Shown: one piece after another, positions 1 to 12,491 of the stretch
Position numbering within the stretch: the first letter of the stretch is position 1
Layout of the letters: every line of letters starts with the position of its first letter
NCBI RefSeq assembly: GCF_039654945.1
Contig: NW_027361678.1
Coordinates: forward strand, 5,704,001-5,768,000
Length of the DNA stretch: 64,000 bases
Reading direction: 5' to 3'
Source of the DNA: Dendrobates tinctorius
Taxonomy: Eukaryota
Made by a program: the position numbers and the translations under genes
The notes under the pieces: generated by a model
Databases searched by the model: none
Told to the model about the DNA's origin: nothing
What the model saw: the letters and a program-made list of their open reading frames with translations, nothing else

Positions 1-1916
1 TTGGTCTCCAGAGGCTGTTTTGGCATTTCAGGAGCTGAAGCGGAGGTTCACTTCTGCTCCGGTTTTACGGCAACCTGATGTCTCACTTCCATTTCAGGTG
101 GAGGTAGATGCTTCGGAGATTGGTGCAGGAGCTGTTTTGTCCCAAAAAGATCCGATGACTTCTAAGATGAATCCCTGTGCCTTCTTTTCCAGAAAGTTCT
201 CCCCATCTGAACGCAACTATGATGTAGGGAATCGGGAATTGTTGGCCATGAAGTGGGTATTTGAGGAGTGGAGACATTGGTTGGAGGGAGCTAGACATCA
301 AGTTGTGGTGCTCACTGACCACAAGAATTTGATTTACCTGGAGTCGGCCAAACGCTTGAATCCTAGACAGGCTAGGTGGGACTTGTTTTTCACACGTTTT
401 GATTTTGTGGTCTCCTTTCTTCCGGGCACTAAGAATGTTAAGGCAGACGCCCTTTCTAGGAGATTCTTTGCTGATTCTCCTATTGCGACCAAACCTACTA
501 CCATCCTAGGTGAGGGGGTAGTTCTTTCTGCCATCTCGCCCGATTTGAGACGTGTCCTGGAAGAATTTCAGGAGGACAAACCTGAGCGTTGTCCTATGGG
601 AAAATTGTATGTTCCTGACCAGTGGAGGAAGAGAGTGATGTCTGAAGTTCATTGCTCCGCGTTGGCTGGTCATCCAGGTATTTTTGGTACCAGAGATTTG
701 GTGAGTCGGTCTTTTTGGTGGCCCGCCTTATCTCGTGATATCAGGGATTTTGTGCAGTCTTGTGGGACTTGTTCCCGGTCTAAACCCTGTTCTCGTTCTA
801 GTGGGTTGTTGATGCCCTTGCCGGTGCCCAAGAGGCCATGGACCCATATCTCAATGGATTTTATTTCTGATCTTCCTGTCTCTCAGAGAATGACTTATCT
901 GGGTGATTTGTGATAGATTTTCTAAGATGGTCCATCTTGTACCACTCCCAAAGCTGCCATCTTCCTCAGAGTTGGTGCCCTTGTTTTTACAACAGGTGGT
1001 TCGGTTGCATGGGATTCCTGAGAACATTGTGTCGGACAGAGGAGTCCTGTTTGTCTCCAGATTTTGGAAAACTTTTTGTTCCAAGCTGGGAATTCAGTTA
1101 TCCTTCTCCTCTGCGTTTCACCCACAGACCAATGGGCAGACTAAGAGAACAAACCAGACTTTGGAGTCCTATTTGAGATGTTTTATATCTGCTGATCAGG
1201 ATGATTGGGTCTCATTTTTGCCCTTGGCCGAATTCGCCCTAAATAATAGAGCTAGTTCTGCCACATTGATGTCGCCCTTTTTCTGTAACTTTGGGTTTCA
1301 TCCTCGATTTTCTTCAGGGCAAGTGGAATCTTCAGCCTGCCCAGGTGTTGACACTGTGGTAGAGAGAATGCAGCAGATTTGGGACCAAGTGGTGGATAAG
1401 TTGTCCCTCTCTCAAGAAAAGGCCCAGCGGTTTTCCAACCGGCATAGGACCATTGGTCCCTGGATTAAAGTGGGTGATATGGTTTGGTTGTCGTCAAAAA
1501 ATATCTCTATGAAGGTTGCGTCTCCAAAGTTCAAGGCAAGATTTATTGGACCTTACAGGATTTTGGAGATTCTTAACCCGGTTTCTTTTCAATTGGCTCT
1601 TCCAGTTACGTTTAAGATCCATAACGTGTTTCATAAGTTTCTGTTGAAGAGGTTTGTTGAGCCAGTGGTTCCTATGGCGGCACCTCCTGACCCTGTGTTG
1701 ATTGAAGGTAATGTGGAATATGAGGTAGAGAAAATACTGGATTCTCGTCTGGCTAGATGGAGACTCCAGTATTTGGTCAAGTGGAAGGGTTATGGCCAGG
1801 AGGACAATTCTTGGGTCTCTGCCTCTGACATTCATAGATAGCTTTTCACGGGGCCCATCCTGATCGGCCTGGTGGCGTGGATGAGGGTTCGGTGACCCCT
1901 CGTCAAGGGGGGGTAC
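1..1916 (+). mobile_element. pol: Ty3/Gypsy (Tf1/sushi chromovirus) family A, copy 1: decayed pol 3' part (RNase H, integrase, chromodomain) plus PPT
   Basis: ORFs 20-913 and 903-1841 (frameshifted): VDASEIGAGAVL and TDHKNL (RNase H), H-H-C-C zinc finger, ISMDFI/SDRG/TNGQT integrase core, [16 protein letters not shown] chromodomain. PPT AAGGGGGGGTAC lies immediately before the LTR. Confidence 0.95.
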
Positions 1917-2833
1917 TGTTGTGAACTCATTTTCTGGTTTACCTCTGGCTTCTGGTGAGGGTGGTGGAGCTGGCTGTGTTGACAGAGGAGTCGTGAGTTC
2001 TCCATCCGGGCTCCCTCTAGTGGTGACAGTAGGTAATGAAGCTGATCTAAACGGCAGAGACCTGCCACCTGAGGAGGAGGACTGTGAGTGGACATCAGGA
2101 GTCTCTGACTGGATTTAAGTCAGCCGACTCCCTAATTTTGGGCTGGTGATTTTCCTGCCCTGAGGTTCTGGTTTCCAGTTCTGTTCCTGCCTTCTCAAGC
2201 TAAGTGTGCTCTGCTATTTTTTCACATGAGATTTGGTCTGGTTTACTCAGTTTTTGTGGTCAGCCAGCTCCTGCTGGGGCTGTGTTGAATTTCCATTCTT
2301 CTTATGTCTCTGTTTATGCCAGTTTGCTTTTTGTCCCTGATCAGTTTGGTCTCTTTTTGCTCTGTCTTCAGAATATACCAGAGTGCTGATATAGGGAATT
2401 GAAGTCTAGCGACTTCAGGGTTTTTGTTATCAGAAAGTGTTGGACTTTTTTTGGCAGGGTTTTGTGCGTGATTGCAGACAGCATCTTTCCTTTCCTGTCC
2501 TTTCTAGTTAGTGTGGGCCCCATCATTTGCTCAGCCTATTTTTCTATCTGTGTTTGTGTTTTCATCTTGTCTCACCGACAATACATGTTTGGGGGCTCTT
2601 TATTGCTTTGGGGTCTGCTCTGGGGCAGTTTAGATTTCCCCTTTTCTTGCTTTAGGCTTATTTAGTTCTCCTGCTGTGACGAGGCATCTAGGATCTTCGT
2701 AGGCACGCTCCACGGCTACTGCTAGTTGTGTGGATAGGATCAGGGGTCTGCAATCCGCTTAGTTACCAACCTCTCTGGTTTTCTGAGGCTTAGCTTGTTT
2801 TTGTTTTTCCTCCTCGGTGACTCATTCATAACA
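1917..2833 (+). repeat. 3' LTR of Gypsy family A copy 1
   Basis: TGTTGTGAA...TTCATAACA termini, directly after the PPT; reverse complement of the LTRs at 7582, 12638 and 54003. Confidence 0.93.
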
Positions 2834-4143
2834 CCGCACCTTCCTGGTCGTGTGGAGGAAGATGACCAGGGAGTGTATATTTCCTCCATATCCTCGTCCC
2901 CTTCTCCTCCAGTAGTGGCAGCAGGGGTGCTGCCAGGGAGAAGGAACAAGTCGCAACCCTAACCACAAGCTGCCCCTCAGAGTCGGAGTCCTCATAGGAG
3001 GGGGCAGAGAGGAGTGGTTACCTCTGAGCCTTGTGAGGGTGTGAGTGTTAGGACACAGGGGGACGCCTCTGTAGTTGGTTCTGTGCAGGTCCGGACCTGG
3101 GTGTATACGTGTTTGTATGGGTGGCTGAGTTGCCCTTTGTTATACCCAGGCCTAGCTCATTCCCCAGGTCGGCGCTCTGGAGATTTGTGGTACCTCCGGA
3201 GTATACGTAATCACCTCCATCTGCCCTCTCTTGCCATGACCCGGAGTGTCAGATGATTGCTGAAGTGAACTATGGTGGAACAAGGCGTCCTCACTGTAGG
3301 TAGTCCAGTGAAGTACGGTGTTGAGGGTCCGGAGGCCCCTCATTGAGGGAGGGGTACTGTCACAGTCCAATTCTTGGATCTGTGTCAGATTCGGCATTCC
3401 CTCATTTGAACCTTTTTTTTTCCTTTCAGGCCTGGGAGCTTAATATGGGTTTTAGCCCCCATGTCCATAGGTGTTATTGCATGTCTGTTGGTTTCCCTGC
3501 TGATGTGACCACTCCCTTTTCCTATATAAGGTCACATGGTGTATCAACAGGTGTTGGTAATAGCAGGTCCTTTTTGGATTCCAACCACGGTGAAGTGAGC
3601 AGCTGGCTCTGAGGTGTTGAGCCACTGCTGAAACCTGTTGAAGTTAGCAGCTGGCTCTGATGTGTCGAGCCACTGCGGAAACTGGTGCTGAACTCTGCTG
3701 CCCGGTGTTTGCAGTAGAGAAAGATGGTGAAGGTAGCAGGTGGCTCTGAGGTGTCGAGCCACTGCTGAAAGCTGATCTGGTGCTGCACTCTGATGCCTAG
3801 TGACTGCAGCAGAGAAATATAAGTGTTTGGTGTTTTCCTCTTTTTCCTTCGTGTGTATTAGCGCAGCGGTGGGACCAGTGTCCGCACTATCCAGTTCCCT
3901 ATCTAGGGATAGGTGCAGGGATAGTGAGGGATTTGGGTATCCTGCTCGGCAACAGGTGAAGAGCCTGTATAAGAAACATTAGGAGTGTTCAGGGACACTG
4001 CCTCAGGGGAGTGCAGGAGGTCTCCACTTCTCCATTCCCTATTGCTGGGCCCACCGTTGCAACTGTTTCCACTGTGTTCCCCGTTTTTCTTGTTTCAGTT
4101 ACCGACCTGCGGGTCATGTCACACAGGACAGGTACACGTGACA
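2834..4143 (+). mobile_element. 3' end of a second, probably non-autonomous Gypsy element: degenerate internal sequence, PPT and LTR 3358-4143
   Basis: PPT GAGGGAGGGGTAC then TGTCAC...GTGACA LTR with TATATAA at ~3523 and internal ~50-bp repeats (3600-3770). Related to the solo LTR at 42587. Its right end cuts an L2 RT at the GVPQG motif. Confidence 0.8.
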
Positions 4144-4882
4144 ACTAAGCCTTGAGGAACACCAACAGACAGGGGACGAGGTGAGGAGGTGGTGTGGGAG
4201 AGGGAGACACTGAATGTTCAGTCTGTTAGATATGATGAGATCCAAGATAGGACCAAGCCTGTGATGCCCAGAGTTGAGAGAATCTGGAGCAGGAGGGAAT
4301 GGTCCACAGTGTAGAAGGCAGAAGATAAGTCCAGGAGGAGGACAGAGTGGTGTCACTTGCTCTTGACGGTTAGCAGGTCGTTGGTGACTTTAGTTAGGGC
4401 AGTTTCAGTTGAGTGATGCAGTTGGAAGCCTGATTGTAAGCGGTCAAAGAGGGAGCAGGAGGAGAGGTAGGAGGAGAGTTCAAGATGGACATGCTGTTCC
4501 AGTAGTTTTGAGGCATAAGGGAGAAGAGATATCGGGCGATAGCTGGACACAGAGGATGGGTCAAGGGAGGTCTTTTTGAGGATGGGTGTGATTGAGGCAT
4601 ATTTGAAGAATGAGGGGAACACACCATTTGTAAGTGAGAGGTTGAAGAGGTGTATCAGAGTAGGGATGAAGACTCTGGCGAGGTTAGGGATGAGGTGGGA
4701 CGGGAGCAGGTCAAGCGTGCAAGTGGTGAGGTGTGATCTTGAAAGGAAGGTGAAAAGCTGATCTGTCATGGTGGAGAAGTTGGTTTTTGAGGAACAGGGG
4801 TGAGCAGCTAAGAGGGGCATTGGGGGCTGTGGGACAAAGCTTTCTCTGATCGTATGATTTACGTTTCGGTTACTAAGGGCTC
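4144..4882 (-). mobile_element. L2 LINE fragment (RT region)
   Basis: ORF 4353-5027 contains YRPISLLPYASKLLE, QSGF and HSTETALTKVTNDLL; PLSVGVPQG at the left edge. Confidence 0.9.
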
Positions 4883-5481
4883 TGTCACGCACATTGTAGG
4901 ACAGACAAAGTCCAACACAAAGGGATAAGGGTAGGGGAACCAAACACTGGGGAAGGTGGAAATGGAGACCCCTGGACTGAGCTAATGTCAACCTGTTTGT
5001 CCTGCCGTCCCTATATAATTTCTGCACCTATTGTCGTGCAGGATAGCTACTCCCTATGTGACCCTGGCGATAAGCCCTCCAACGGGAAGGACAGGATAGA
5101 CACTAGTCAATCCCACTAACACTAAAGACAGCACGAATAAATGAAACAAGGGGGGCACCTAGCTTGAGTAGACTCAGAGAGAAACGTCGTAGCCCTCCAG
5201 ACTCCAAAAGGACGCTAGCAGACTGCTACAGCTCCAAGTCTCATCAGAGAATTGCAAATAGCAAATATCACCAGCAACTTCCAAAAGGAAGTTGGGTTAT
5301 AAACACCCATTTCCAGGTGTGGCCATTAGCACTGGAAGGAGGTGGCCACTAGTCTCCAAAGCAAACTACTGAGACTTTCTGCAGACAGATGCAGTGCAAC
5401 GGTCTGCAGCCTCTGACACATCCGTGTCAGGCTCGGACTGGCTGCTGGTCTCACAATGCATAGAAATGTGATGCGGTGACA
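4883..5481 (-). repeat. Solo LTR (Gypsy-type)
   Basis: TGTCAC...GTGACA termini; minus-strand TATAA followed by the GCTGGTGAT motif; TSD imperfect. Confidence 0.7.
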
Positions 5482-6376
5482 CTCTTGTTGGGAGAGCCGC
5501 GGCCAGTCCGTGCATTGCAGTTCGAGATATGACCAATTTGCACCGATGTCTACATGAGTCCTAAATTGGATTTTTTTTTCTTTTCAGTGCAACATAAATG
5601 ATTTTTGTTAGAAATGGATCGAACCAAAGATTTTCCAATATTAGAGCAGCGACTCTGGTTGGATAGAAGTCATAACGGTGACAGATGCTTTGCAGCGCTC
5701 CATCGGATCAGACAAGGTAAGCGGTGTCATGGGGAAGGCGGTTTGTCACTAGACCCAGTCCATTTCTTTAATCTCCCATCCCTCTAATCAGTTCATATGT
5801 ATCCATCAAAGCTCTCCTTTCGCTTCTAATTGAAAAAAAAAATAAAAAAAAAAATCAGTGCCATCAATAATCTGTACGCCATTCCGCTTTATCTACAAGG
5901 ATTTTTAAGGCTCGTTTTACATTTGTGCTTGAAGCAAACTTAACATATGTTGTACTACTAGAAAAAACCCTTAAACCTAATGTCCCCTTTAGTGGAGAAT
6001 AATGCATTAAATACGACTTTTAATACTAATGTCAGATTAATAGAGATATAATCCATTCTACAATTTCTCTTCTAACATTGGGAAGGATAACAGACCTTCT
6101 GGCTGTGTATTAGCACGTTGCAGGTTGAAGAGAGCCTTTTTTTTTCTTTTTCGTTAAATCGCAGGGGTCGTGAACCGACTGAATCTGTTTTAGTTTAGCT
6201 GAATTTAATCTCTTAAAATGGACTAATATTTATTTCACGGTGACAGCAGCAGAAGAACTAGTGAGAATAAGCATGATGGAAAGTGACAATGGCTTTACAT
6301 GCAAACGTAGAATTTATAAGGGACTCATCTGATGCTCGGGGAAGGAGCTTGTTACAGTGGGATGTTTGAGGTCAAG

Positions 6377-6470
6377 CTGTGTTGGACTGGAACACCTTGG
6401 GTCCACCAGAGAAAATCATTCTTGGGGCCCACTATGTAGCTACATAGAAATAAGTTCAAGACCACCAATT
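6377..6470. mobile_element. Partial hAT MITE, same family as 24995-25385, opposite orientation
   Basis: GGACTGGAACACCTTGGGTCCACCAGAGAAAATCATTCTTGGGGCCCAC matches the reverse complement of ~25330-25385. Confidence 0.7.
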
Positions 6471-8469
6471 GTGTGGTAAAACGCACAAATTTCAGGGTAT
6501 AATATAAGGTAGTACATGTCTTAATTATGTAGCAGTATATAGCTGTAATCCAGAATACCCACTGAACCCCTGAATCCTCATACATTCCTCACCCTCTGTT
6601 TTTTAATTGGTACGTCTGTACTCTGATTTTTCCCCTGACTTTAATTCCATGTATCATACTTCAAACTTACTGTATGCATATTGATATGCCCATGCTCCTC
6701 ACATCTAGTCTTATCCTTCCGTCTTATCCTGCCTCTTTCTTCAGCTTTGATGCTAGTCAAATGTCCTATTAACTGCAATCTGTTAATTGCTCCCTGCTGT
6801 GAGCCATCCTCCAGCCCCCTCCTCCTCCTCCTCCTTCTCTCACTCACCTGGCTTCATTTCATGGACATTTGAATGGTATAAGTTGAACAGAGCAGGTCAG
6901 ATATGACCTTGGTCAGATTTGACATCATTTGAAGTGACATCTTTAAAGTGTTACATCAGAAATATACCAGAAATAGTCCAGAAATCGGTCAGAAGGTAAG
7001 AATAACCACTGCTTTATTATTTTACTTGCCTTTCTTTTCTTACCCTGTTCTTTAACCATGCTCACATTTGCCCTCACCATTTTTGCTCCACTAATATTCA
7101 CTCTCCTCCGCCATCCTAAAACCCATGCACCCTCGAACCAAATAACTATCTCCCCCTCTCGCTCCCCCCACCTCGCTTCATCAGCAGACCTGCTCCTTAA
7201 CCTCAGACCTCTCCTACTAAAATACAATACAAGTCGGTCACACTTTTTCACCCACGTGCTTTCCCTTTCTTTGCTTATTCTCACTGCTGGCGACATATCC
7301 CCTAATCCTGGCCCCCCCCGCCTCATACATCCCACTAATCATCACCCCTATCTTTCTCACACTAAGATAAACTACCGCAATCCCTCACACTTAAAACCTG
7401 TGCCACTGACCCCCACCCTCCCGCACCCTCTCTCTGGAGCACTTTGGAATGCCCGCTCCATCTGCAACAAGCTCCACATGATCCAGCTTTACCTCCCGCA
7501 ACCTTTCCTTCCTGGCCCTCACTGAGACCTGGCTGACACCCCCTGACACGGCCTCCCCGGCCGCACTGAGTTATGGCGGCCTATTATGAATGGGTCACTG
7601 AGGAGAAAAAAGCAAAACAAGCTAAGTCACAGAAAACTAGAGAAGTTGGTAACTATGCAGATTGCAGATCCCTGATCTTACCACACAACTAGCAGTAGCC
7701 GTGGAGCGTGCCTACGATGTTCCTAGACGCCTCGTCACGGCCGGAGGACTAAATAAGCCTAAAGAAAGAAAAGGGAAAACTAACTGCCCCAGAGCAGACC
7801 CCAAAGGAATAGATAGCCCCCACACATGTATTGACAGTGAAACAAGATGAAGGCACAAACACAGGCAGGAAAATAGGCTTAGCAAATGATGGGGCCCAAA
7901 CTAACTAGACAGGAAAGGAAAGGAAGGACACTGTCTGCAACCTGCAAAAAAACCCTACAAAAATAAAGTCCAACACTTCTGATAGCAAAATTAACCCTGA
8001 AGTCACTAGACTTCTTCCACTATATCAGCACTCTGAAATATTCTGAGGCAGAGCAAAAAGAGACCGAACTAGTAAGGGACAAAAAGCCAATTGGCAAAAT
8101 ACTGATAAATAAGAGTGGAAATTCAGCACAGTCCCCAGCAGGGGCTGGCTGACCACACCAAAAAACTGAATAGACCAACAAAATCAAGTGTGAACATTAG
8201 CAAAAAAACTTAGCTTTAGATGACTGGAACAGAGCTGAAAACCAAGAGCTGACAAGCCAGAAGGAATCACCAGCAACTGAATAGGGCGTCGGCTGTCTTA
8301 AATCCAATCTGAGACTCCTGAGATCCAATCGTCATCCTGATTCTCAGGTGGCAGATCTCCACCGATCAAATCAGCCTCTCTACCTCCTGTTACCACCAGA
8401 GGGAGTCTGGAAGGAGAACTCGCAACTGGTGAACCAGAGAATGAACTCACAACAGTACCCCCCCTTGAG

Positions 8470-11400
8470 GAGGGGTCACCGAACCCTCATCCACGCCACC
8501 AGGCCGATCAGGATGGGCCCGGTGAAAAGCACGAACCAATCTATTGGCATGAATATCGGAGGCAGAGACCCAAGAATTATCCTCCTGACCATAACCTTTC
8601 CATTTGACCAAATACTGGAGTCTCCGTCTAACCAAACGAGAAATATTTTCTATACCTCATATTCCACATTGCCTTCAACCAACACAGGGTCAGGAGGTGC
8701 TGCTATAGGAACCACTGGCTCAACAAACCTCTTCAACAGAGATTTGTGAAATACGTTATGGATCTTAAATGTAGCTGGAAGAGCCAATCGAAACGAAACA
8801 GGATTAAGAATTTCCAAAATCTTATAAGGACCAATAAATCTTGGCTTAAAGAATATTCTTGGACGACAACCAAACCATATCACCCACTTTAAACCGGGGA
8901 CCAATGGTCCTATGCCGGTTGGAAAATCGCTGGGCCTTTTCCTGACAGAGTGACAACTTATCCACCACTTGGTCCCATATCTGCTGCATTCTCTTAACCA
9001 CAGTGTCCACACCTGGGCAGGACGAAGATTCCACTTGCCCTGAAGAGAATCGAGGATGAAGGATGGAAACCCAAAATTACAGAAAAAGGGTGACATCAAA
9101 GTGGCAGAACTAGCTCTATTGTTGAGTGCGAATTCGGCCAAGGGCAAAAATGAGACCCAATCATCCTGATCAGCAGATATAAAACATCTCAAATAAGACT
9201 CCAAGGTCTCGTTTGTTCTCTCAGTCTGTCCATTGGTCTGGGGATGAAACGCGGAGGAGAAGGATAACTGAATTCCCATATTGGAACAAAAGACTTTCCA
9301 GAATCTGGAAACAAACTGGACTCCTCTGTCGGACACAATATTCTCAGGAATCCCATGTAACCGAACCACCTGTTGTAAAAACAAGGGCACCAACTCAGCG
9401 GAAGGTGGCAACTTTGGGAGTAGTACAAGATGGACCATCTTCGAAAATCTAATCACAAATCACCCAGATAACAGTCATTCTCTGAGAGACAGGAAGATCA
9501 GAAATGAAATCCATTGAGATATGGGTCCATGGCCTCTTGGGCACCGGCAAGGGCATCAACAACCCACTAGAACGAGAACAGGGTTTAGACCGAGAACAAG
9601 TCCCACAGGACTGTACAAAATTCCTGACGTCACGAGATAAGGCAGGCCACCAAAAGGACCAACTCACCAAATCTCTGGTACCAAAAATACCTGGATGACC
9701 AGCCAATGCAGAGCAATGAATTTCAGACATCACTCTCTTTCTCCACTGGTCAGGAACATACAATTTTCCCATAGGGCAACGCTCAGGTTTATCCTCCTGA
9801 AATTTCTCCAGGGCGCGTCTCAAATCGGGCGAAATGGCAGAAAGAACTACCCCCTCACCTAGGATGGTAGTAGGCTTGGTCACACTAAGAGAATCGGCAA
9901 AGAAACTCCTAGAAAGGGCGTCTGCCTTAGCATTCTTAGTGCCCAGAAGAAAAGAGACCACAAAATTAAAACGCGTGAAAAACAAGGCCCATCCAGCCTG
10001 TCTAGGATTCAAGCGTTTGGCCGACTCCAGATAAATCAAATTATTGTGATCGGTGAGGACCACAACTTGATGTCTATCTCCCTCCAACCAATGTCTCCAC
10101 TCCTCAAATGCCCACTTCATGGCCAGCAATTCCCGATTCCCCACGTCATAGTTGCGTTCAGATGGGGAGAACTTTCAAGAAAAGAAGGCACAGGGATTCA
10201 TCTTAGAAGTCACAGGGTCATTTTGGGACAAAACAGCTCCTGCACCAATCTCAGAAGCATCTACCTCCACCTGAAATGGAAGTGAGACATCAGGTTGCCG
10301 TAAAACTGGAGCTGAAGTAAATCTCTGCTTAAGCTCCTGAAATGTTGAGATAGCCTCAGGACACCAATTCAGCACATCAGCGCCCTTCTTGGTCTGATCA
10401 GTCAGTGGTTTGACAATACCAGTAAAATTACCTATAAATTTACGATAGAAATTAGCAAAACCTAAAAACTTCTGGAGGGCCTTCAAAGAAGTAGGCTGAA
10501 CCCAATCATAAATGGCCTGTACCTTGGCCGGGTCCATTTCAATAGTCGATGGAGATAAGATAAATCCCAAAAAAGAAATCCTCTGTACACCAAAGAGGCA
10601 TTTCGATCCCTTAACAAACAGGGATTTCTCCCTCAAAATCCGGAACACAGTCCGGACGTGTTCCACATGAGAATCCCAATCACTAGAAAAGATCAAAATA
10701 TCATCAAGATAGATGATCAAAAACTTATCCACAAGGTCACGGAAAATATCATTCATAAAGGACTGGAAGACAGAAGGGGCATTAGTGAGCCCAAAAGGCA
10801 TCGCCAGGTACTCAAAATGTCCCTCCGGAGTATTAAACGCCGTCTTCCATTCATCCCCATGCTTGATGCGAATAAGATTATACGCCCCCCTGAGGTCAAG
10901 CTTAGTAAACCAGCAGGCACTCTTAACTCTGGAGAATAAATCAGACATCAGAGGTAACGGGTACTGATATTTAACCGTCATCTTGTTAAGGGAACTATAA
11001 TCAATACACGGTCTTAATGAACCATCTTTCTTGGCCACAGAAAAACCCCCAGCACCTAAGGATGACGAGGATGGTCTAATATGACCCTTCTCCAATGACT
11101 CCTTAATATAGGATCGCATAGCATCATGTTCGGGTACTGATAAGTTGAAAAGCCAACCCTTGGGAAATTTACACCCAGGCATCAACTCAATTGCACAGTC
11201 ATAACTCCTATGAGGAGGCAAAGACGCAGACTTGCTCTCACTAAATACATCAGAAAAATCGGCTAGATAATCAGGAATATCATGAGACTGAGGAGAGGTG
11301 GAGAAAACAGGAGCGTCCCTAAGAACACACTGACAACCCCAACTCACCACAGACCCAGATTTCCAATCCAAAACTGGATTATGAGTTTGCAACAAAGGAA

Positions 11401-11640
11401 AACCCAGAACAATAGTATCATGCAGATTATGCAGCACCAAAAATTTACAATTTTCTTGGTGGTCTGGGGCAACTCGCATTGTCACCTGGGTCCAAAACTG
11501 AGGTTTATTCTCCGCCAAAGGAGTAGCATCAATACCCCTCAAAGGAATATGCGTCCGCAGCGGCGTCATGGAAAAACCACAACGTTTAACAAAGTCCAAA
11601 TCCATCAGATTCAATGCTGCTCCTGAATCCACAAAAGCCT
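8470..11640 (-). pseudogene. pol: pol (PR-RT-RNase H-IN-chromodomain) of family A copy 2, frameshifted
   Basis: DSGA protease, LRPCIDY, MPFGLTNAP and YLDDILIF (RT), VDAS (RNase H), ISMDFI/SDRG (IN), YLVKWKGY. Confidence 0.95.
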
Positions 11641-12491
11641 TCGTGGAAAACGTGGATAAAGGAGCAGATCAGAGTAATTGCCAAAAGAAACTTAGGTTGT
11701 ATACTGCCCACAGCAAATGTGTGTGCAAAACGTTTCTCTCGTTTTGGGCAGACAGAAATAATATGAGAGGCGTCTCCACAGAAAAAACACAGCTTATTAC
11801 GCCTTCTAAACTCCTGATGTTGCGCCCTAGACAAAACCCCATCACATTGCATAGGTTCAGACGTTTGTTCAAAAGGTGGCAGCGCCTCCAGTGTAGTTTT
11901 CCGTTCACGTAAACGCCGATCAACTTGAATGGCTAATAACATAGAATCATCCAGGCCAGAGGGAACAGGAAATCCCATCATAACATCTTTTACGGTCTCT
12001 GATAAACCCTTCCGAAAGAGAGCTGCCAATGCACTATCATTCCATGTAGTAAGGACCGCCCACTTTCGGAATTTTTGACAGTATAACTCTGCAGAATCCT
12101 GACCCTGGTTTAATGCCAGCAGGGTTCTCTCAGCTTGATCAACAGCATTAGGTTCATCATACAACAACCCCAAGGCTTGAAAAAATGCATCCACATTAGT
12201 CAGAATAGGATTTTCAGGTGTCAGAGAAAAAGCCCAATCCTTGGGATCGCCGCGCAGCAAGTAGATGACAATTTTAACCTGCTGCACAGAGCTCCCCGAT
12301 GAGTTAGGCTTCAAGGCCAAAAATAATTTACAATTATTCTTAAAATTCAGGAATTTAGACCGATCCCCAGAAAACACATCAGGAATAGGGATCTTAGGTT
12401 CAGCAGCATGTGACTGAATGAGGTAGGTGGAAATTCCCTGCACTTCAGCAGCCAGCTGCTCCACACGATCAGACAATTGCTTAATCTCTAT
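11586..12491 (-). pseudogene. gag: gag (PEG10/RTL1-like capsid with CCHC zinc knuckle) of family A copy 2
   Basis: PKIPIPDVFSGDRSKF, LNQGQDSAELYCQKF, CFFCGDASHIISVC; the probable start ATG appears mutated to ATA at 12489-12491. Confidence 0.9.

Noticed and set aside
4855-4882. CCGAAACGT as another hammerhead half
   Set aside because: No CTGANGA/TTGANAA core or stem II at the right distance
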